Of a DNA stretch of 64,000 bases, positions 57,775 to 64,000 are shown piece by piece. The notes beneath the pieces are model-generated. The model was not told the DNA's origin and ran no database searches. It worked only from the letters and a program-made list of their open reading frames with translations. This stretch comes from Octopus sinensis (lineage: Eukaryota), in the NCBI RefSeq assembly GCF_006345805.1, contig NW_021833232.1:21309-85308 (forward strand), read 5' to 3'. How positions within the stretch are numbered: position 1 is the stretch's first letter; each line of letters starts with the position of its first letter. The position numbers and the translations under genes are program-made.

Positions 57775-58089
57775 ATATATGTGTTATATCCAATATGTAT
57801 ATTATAGTATATGTGATACATACATTTACATGCTTACATATACATACATGTATAACCACCCATACACATACACACACTCACACATGACCTAAGCAAGTTT
57901 TGTCTGGAAGCTATCTTTATAGTAAAATCACACACACACATACACACACAGAGCCAGAGCAAGTTTTGGCTGAAAGTTTATCTATCTATCTATCTATCTA
58001 CATACCTACCTACCTACCTACCTACCTGCCTATCTACCTACCTACCTACCTACCTATCTATCTACCTATCTATCTACCTATCTATCTCA

Positions 58090-58252
58090 GTGGTTCCCAA
58101 CCTTTCACTATTAAGGACCCCTTTTCATTTAAAAGAGTTTTCTCACGGACTACAGGATATTGAAAAGTCTGTCAGCTTAACATGTTCATGGACCCACAGT
58201 ACTACATTTGCGGACCACCAGCGGTCCACGGACCACAGGTTGGGAATCACTG
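58090..58252. mobile_element. hAT (MER5/Charlie-like) MITE
   Basis: TIR cagtggttcccaacct/aggttgggaatcactg (1 mismatch); 8-bp flanks atctatct/atctacat (6/8). Confidence 0.8.
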
Positions 58253-58354
58253 ATCTACATGCCTGTCTATCTATCTACATATCTATCTATCTATCTTTAT
58301 AGTACACACACATACAAATAGATAAGTATTTTTTAGGCTGTGATCCCATGCATA

Positions 58355-58562
58355 CTCTTTACTCTTTTACTTGTTTCAGTCATTTGACTGCGGCCATGCT
58401 GGAGCACCACCATTAGTCGAGCAAATCGAACCCGGGACTTATTCTTTGTAAGCCCAGTACTTATTCTATCGGTCTGTTTTGCCGAACCGCTAAGTGACGG
58501 GGACGTAAACACACCAGCATCGGTTGTCAAGTGATGCTAGGGGGACAAACACAGACACACAA

Positions 58563-58593
<31 letters not shown>

Positions 58594-58763
58594 CATATAT
58601 ACGACAGGCTTCTTTCAGTTTCCGTCTACCAAATCCACTCACAAGGCATTGGTCGGCCCGGGGCTATAGCAGAAGACACTTGCCTAAGATGCCACGCAGT
58701 GGGACTGAACCCGGAACCATGTGGTTGGTTAGCAAGCTACTTACCACACAGCTCCTCCTGCGC
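58355..58763 (-). mobile_element. SINE family A, full length, young subfamily
   Basis: End-to-end homology. Confidence 0.92.
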
Positions 58764-59150
58764 ATAATACTGAAAAATAGCAAACCCTATGCAAAAACGT
58801 TTTTATGTCAAAAAGCATAAAAATATTTTCTCATTTAATTCTCTGTACTTTCTTTCTACCTTTTCTCTTCCAAAATTCTGCTTGGATACCCAAGTTTCCT
58901 AAGGACGGAGATAACTATGTTACAATATTGCTAAAAGAAAAAAAGCTGCCTTTTTCTGAATACTTAATTTTTCCCTACGCACCACTTTTTTCAATTTCGG
59001 TTAATATATGAAGATTTCAATTCTGAAAATGTTCATTTTTTTTTTGTTTGTTTGTTTGTTTCAATCTTTCTTTCTTGCCTTTCAACTGTCTTTCCTTCCT
59101 CCCCTCGCTCAATCTTTCTCTCTCTCTACCATTCTTTCTTCCTTCCTTTC

Positions 59151-59193
<43 letters not shown>

Positions 59194-59353
59194 TTCTTTT
59201 TTACTCTTTCTTTGTGTTTTTCTTTCTCTCTCTCTCTCATTCTTCCTTTCTCTTGTCTCTCTTTCATTCTTTTTCCTTCTTTTTCTCTTTTTCAATACTG
59301 ATTGCTTATGATAAAATTTACTTTCACTTTCTCTTTCTAAACCAAAAGAAATA

Positions 59354-59390
<37 letters not shown>

Positions 59391-59795
59391 TTATACGAAT
59401 GAGAGACATAAAGAGGAAATAGAAGCTTTACTGCAGAGGGAAGAGAGTGAAAAAAGAGAAGCTATTTTAGAGACAGTAATAGAGAGCAAGAGAGAGAAAG
59501 AGACAGAGAAAGAGAGGGAGAGAGAAAGAGAGAGAGAGAGAGAGAAAGAGCTGTCCTCTCTGTCTGTGACAAAATGTAAGCTTGTCTGCTGTTATAATTC
59601 TATCACACATTCCAGAATATAAATCAATGTTGGTACCTGACGACCTGATGAGGGTGGTTCAACGTGGTTTATAGCAATGCTAGAAATAACAGCGAAATAT
59701 CATTAAGATTTCACACATAAACTTCACCATGGATAATGTGATCCTCCCACACTCATATGATGGTGTGTGTGTGTGTGCGTGTATATATATATATA

Positions 59796-60431
59796 TCATC
59801 ATCATCATCATCATTTAACATCTGCTTTTCATGCTAGCATGGGTTGGATAGTTCGACTGGTGTCTGGGAAGCCAGGAGGCTGCACCAAGCTCCAGTCTGG
59901 TCTGGCAATGATTCTACAGCTGGATGCGCTTCCTAGCGCCAACCACTCCATGAGTGTAGTGGGTGCTTTTTACATGTCACTGGCACAGGGGCCAGGGGAA
60001 GCTGGCAATGGCCACGATCGGTTGGTGCTTTTTATGTGCCACCGGCATGAAGCCAGTGAAGGTGGCACTGGCATCAGTCACGTTCGGATGGTGCTTTTTA
60101 CATGCCACCAGCACAGGTATCACAACTACTATTTCCATTTGATTTTTATTTGATGTTGATGTACTTAACTCAATAGGTCTCCTGAAGCACAGCTGGTCAC
60201 CCTATGATCCAAGGTAAGCAGAGCAGGTCTTTTGAATGGGCTGGGGCCGGTTATGCGAAACTGGTGTAGGATACAGCCGTGAACTCACTTTATTTGCTGG
60301 GTCTTCACAGTTACAGCATATCTCCAGAGGTCTCTGTCTTTTCTCATTGCCTCTGTGAGGTCCAACATTCGAAGGTCATGCTTCACCACCTCATCATGTG
60401 CCTTCCTGGGTCTACCTCTACTCCGGATTCC
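59796..60431 (-). mobile_element. 5'-truncated RTE-clade LINE: ORF C-terminus (60431-60285), 3'UTR (= family D) and (GAT)n tail
   Basis: GIRSRGRPRKAHDEVVKHDLRMLDLTEAMRKDRDLWRYAVTVKTQQIK* (RGRPRKxW..DRxxWR RTE motif), contiguous with the D core. Confidence 0.75.
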
Positions 60432-60529
60432 GTCAACATATATACATACACACACACACACTCACTGACACACACATATGTATATAGACGTATATATGCA
60501 TGTGTATATTTATGCGCTTATGTATTTCT

Positions 60530-60780
60530 GTCTCGGTCTTTTGTCACTGTCCCTGTGAGGCCCAACGTTCAAAGGTCATGCTTGACCACCTCATCCGCTA
60601 CAATCGGTGTTAGTGTGCTTATGTCCCCATTACAGAGATTCAGCAAACGGAGACCAATAGAATACATACTAGGCTTAAAAAAAGCGAAGTCATAAGTTCT
60701 AGGGTTGATATGTTCAACTAAAATCCTTCAAGGTGGTGCCCCAGCATGGCCACAATCTAACACCTGAAACAACTAAAAGA
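60530..60780. mobile_element. Short second RTE ORF fragment (60530-60595, -) fused to a degenerate SINE A tail (+)
   Basis: ctgtgaggcccaacgttcaaaggtcatgcttgaccacctcatc resembles 60352-60396. Confidence 0.6.
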
Positions 60781-60968
60781 TAATCTCTTTGCTCCATACC
60801 AATGGAATTATACTTCTCAAAGAATTTATTCTTCCAAAATTTTGATTTTGTTTTACAACTTTTGCCTACCCCTCCAACCCTTTCTCTCCAATTCCATGCC
60901 CTTTTCTCTCCCCGTGGGTAAGGATAGCTACTTCCCCATTCATCTGTGCATAGAAAAAAGTTAGAATG

Positions 60969-61410
60969 ATCATCATCGTCATCATCATCATTTAACGTCC
61001 ACTTTCCATGGGTTGGACGAATGAATTGAGGGCTGGCGAACCAGATGGCTGCACCAGGCTTCAATCTTTATCTGGCAGAGTTTCTACTGCTGGATGCCTT
61101 TCCTAACGCCAACCACTCCGAGAGTGTAGTGGGTGCTTTTATGTGCCACCAGCACAGGGCCAGTCAGGCAGTACTGGCAACGACCTTACTCGAATCTTTT
61201 ACACATGCCACCAGTACAGGTACCAGTAAAGCGACGCTGGTAACGATCACGCTCGAATGGTGTCTTTTATGGGCAACTGGCACGGAGGCCAGATAGCTGC
61301 TTTGGCAATGATCACACTCGGATGGTGCTTTTAATACCCTACTAGCACGGGGCTCGAGTGCCAATAAGGTGACACTGGTAACGATCACATTCGAATGGTG
61401 CCTTTTAAGT
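60969..61410 (-). mobile_element. Family D copy with ~5 internal subrepeats
   Basis: (CAT)n, D core, then repeated atggtgcttttta..cca..gcac..ctggtaacgatcacgctcga units. Confidence 0.8.
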
Positions 61411-61725
61411 CACCCTGACATGGATTGATGTTTTATGATATTTTTCTCACCATAAACATATTTAATGAGATAATCATGCACCCAAGGGTGGGATTTAAGC
61501 ACAAATACAGACTGTCTGTATTCTAGACTGATTTTTAAGAAAGAAATTCGAAAAGGAGTGGAAATTTTAGGATTTAGTGGGGTGGAATTAAAATTATTTT
61601 TTGTAAATGTATGAATTCCTGTTCATAGAAAACAAATTCGCAAAAGGTTTTTGAAAATTCTAAAAAATAGTAAAAAGTTATAAGGGATTATTTGATGATG
61701 ATGATGGTGTGTGTGTGTGAATACA

Positions 61726-61916
61726 CTTTTACTTGTTTCAGTCATGTGACTGTGGCCATGCTGGAGCACCGCCTTTAGTCGAGCAAATCGACCCCAGGAC
61801 TCATTCTTTGTAAGCCTAGTACTTATTCTATCAGTTTCTTTTTCCGAACCGCTACGTTATAGGGATGTAAATGCACCAGCCTCGGTTGTCAACTGATGTT
61901 GGGGAGACAAACACAC

Positions 61917-61966
<50 letters not shown>

Positions 61967-62138
61967 CACATATATACAACAGGCTTCTTTCAGTTTTTGT
62001 CTACCAAATCTACTCACAAGTTTGGTCGGCCTAAGGCTATAGTAGAAGACACTTGCCTGAGGTACCATGCAGCGGGACTGAACCCAGAACCATGTGGTTT
62101 GTAAGCAAGCTACTTACCACACAGCCACTCCTACGCCT
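61726..62138 (-). mobile_element. SINE family A, full length
   Basis: End-to-end homology. Confidence 0.9.
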
Positions 62139-62375
62139 GTGTACAAGAAATATATTAAATGTATACAGAATTATAAAAAATGGAGGCAGTAGCATGGAGA
62201 AATCATAAAGAAATTTAGAGTTGCAAAAGATATAATGTATATAGGAGGGGAAGTTATTGAGGGAAATTAGAGAGGGGAAAATCAAGAGAGGTAATGAGCT
62301 GTAAATCTTATGTGAAATGATAATGGTATGAGTATATAAGGTAAATAATGTCTATGGTAATGTTCATCAATTTAA

Positions 62376-62696
62376 TCATGTGGTGGTGTTACCTTCCAAT
62401 TTTTTAATAAGGTGCTTGTCAAAGTGGCAGCATTTTGTAAATAGCTCCAGTCTTACATTTATACTATTTAGAAAATTGTTAAGATTTTCCAGCATGAAGA
62501 TCTACACAGCTATACACAGTTTACCTCTTTTTGTCATGTTTATATAAGGTCTGCATTGTTCAAATAGTTTCTGCCTGCTATTGAAATCAATAAAATGTTC
62601 TTTCAAATTCCAGATCTCATTAGACAATGCTGTATCTCACTTTCAAATTCCAGATCTCATTAGCCAATGTTGTATCTCACTTTCAAATTTTAGATA

Positions 62697-62697
<1 letters not shown>
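62376..62697 (-). pseudogene. Second Penelope-like GIY-YIG C-terminal fragment, with a 40-bp tandem duplication at its 5' break
   Basis: DTALSNEIWNLKEHFIDFNSRQKLFEQCRPYINMTKRGKLCIAV*IFMLENL..NVRLELFTKCCHFDKHLIKKIGRYTTT*; units 62601-62640, 62641-62680, partial 62681-62697. Confidence 0.75.
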
Positions 62698-62699
<2 letters not shown>

Positions 62700-62727
<28 letters not shown>

Positions 62728-63048
62728 ATGGATAATATATCTATATATGTATAGATATATATATGTATAATATATATATATATATATATGTATATATATG
62801 TATATATCTATATCTATAATATGTATATATATATAATATATGTATATATATAAAATATATATATATAGTATATATATAATGTTAATAGAATATATAATAT
62901 ATGTATATATATATATATATATAAAGTATATATATATATATGTATATATAAAAATATATATATATGTATATATATATATGTATTATATATATTACTATAT
63001 ATATATATATATAATAATATATATAATATGTAATATATATATATAATT
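62700..63048. repeat. Poly-T and degenerate (AT)n
   Basis: Direct reading. Confidence 0.95.
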
Positions 63049-63417
63049 ATGTGACATGCATAAGATCTGGTCATAAATCTAGTAGAGACTTCAAACTTGA
63101 AATCTTCAAAGCCACGTCCAACCCCTTCTACTATATGGCTCAGAAACCTGGACGTTATCAAAGAAGCTGGAGAGGTGGTTGGATGGATACACTCGCCTCC
63201 TTAAGAGAGCTCAAAATCTCTCGTGGAAGTGCCATCCAACCAAAATGCAATATATGGGAACTACCACCTGTGTCATCTCTTGGAGAAGGTAGGAGAGTCC
63301 AGTTTGCTGGACATAGTTGTAGAGCTGAAAACGTGGTAATTTCCTACTCTTCTCCTCTGGAAGCCATCTACTCGCAATACCATAGGGCACACACTCTCCT
63401 ACCCTGATGTAATCAGG
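63049..63417 (+). pseudogene. RTE-clade LINE RT C-terminal fragment (different family from 60285-60431), frameshifted
   Basis: MHKIWS..RDFKLEIFKAT..LLYGSETWTLSKKLERWLDGYTRLLKRAQNLSWKCHPTK..LPPVSSL..RRVQFAGH..LLLWKP..TLSYPDVI. Confidence 0.82.
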
Positions 63418-64000
63418 CTGGCATATGTGTGTCACATATGAGGCACAGGACCGGCATATGTGTGTCACATATGAGGCACAGGATCGGCATATGTGTGTCA
63501 CATATGAGGCACAGGACCGGCATATGTGTGTCACATATGTGACACATGATTGGCATATGTGTGTCACATATGAGGCACAGGACTGGCATATGTGTGTCAC
63601 ATATGTGACACAGGATTGGCATATGTGTGTCACATATGAGGCACAGGATCGGCATATGTGTGTCACATATGAGGCACAGGACCGGCATATGTGTGTCACA
63701 TATGAGGCACAGGATCGGCATATGTGTGTCACATATGAGGCACAGGACCGGCATATGTGTGTCACATATGTGACACATGATTGGCATATGTGTGTCACAT
63801 ATGAGGCACAGGACTGGCATATGTGTGTCACATATGTGACACAGGATTGGCATATGTGTGTCACATATGAGGCACAGGACCGGCATATGTGTGTCACATA
63901 TGAGGCACAGGACCGGCATATGTGTGTCACATATGAGGCACAGGACCGGCATATGTGTGTCACATATGAGGCACAGGACCGGCATATGTGTGTCACATTT
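63418..64000. repeat. 33-bp minisatellite (>=17 units, runs off window) with a 7-unit (231-bp) higher-order repeat
   Basis: Unit ggcatatgtgtgtcacatatgaggcacaggacc; variant tgacacatgatt at 63540 and 63771. Confidence 0.95.

Noticed and set aside
59640-59700. Hammerhead at ctgatgag (~59644)
   Set aside because: No helix II closing onto a GAAA and no helix I partner
63418-64000. CRISPR array
   Set aside because: Contiguous 33-bp units with no unique spacers, eukaryotic context, no cas genes

Overview
Eukaryotic, repeat-saturated, apparently non-coding window; I found no confidently supported host gene. The repeat families look like those I associate with octopus/coleoid cephalopod genomes (inference from recognition, not a database search). 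Main content: (1) a ~16.7 kb satellite (~16830-33530) of a 106-bp CA/TA-rich monomer. Its + strand has no stop codon in any frame, which explains all giant 'ORFs' in the track. It shows dimer-level and multi-kb higher-order structure. (2) A cluster of retroelement 3' ends in (AAT)n arrays at 1-2720: R4/Dong-like restriction-like-endonuclease elements of at least two families, a CR1 3' end and a non-autonomous AAT-flanked element, with two head-to-head fusions. (3) Penelope-like element (PLE) relics: two degraded ORF fragments with GIY-YIG motifs (40453-41468, 62376-62697), a ~700-bp fold-back (6530-7228) with a hammerhead-like motif in each arm, and two more dispersed hammerhead-like motifs. 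(4) About 20 tRNA-derived SINE copies of three families and ~8 copies of a (GAT)n-tailed repeat; one of the latter is physically continuous with an RTE LINE ORF end. (5) Helitron ends, hAT and piggyBac MITEs. (6) A nested ~1.85-kb tandem duplication, several minisatellites with higher-order periodicity (31-bp, 33-bp, 21-bp units) and abundant microsatellites. Family assignments come from remembered protein/RNA motifs and need HMM/CM confirmation.
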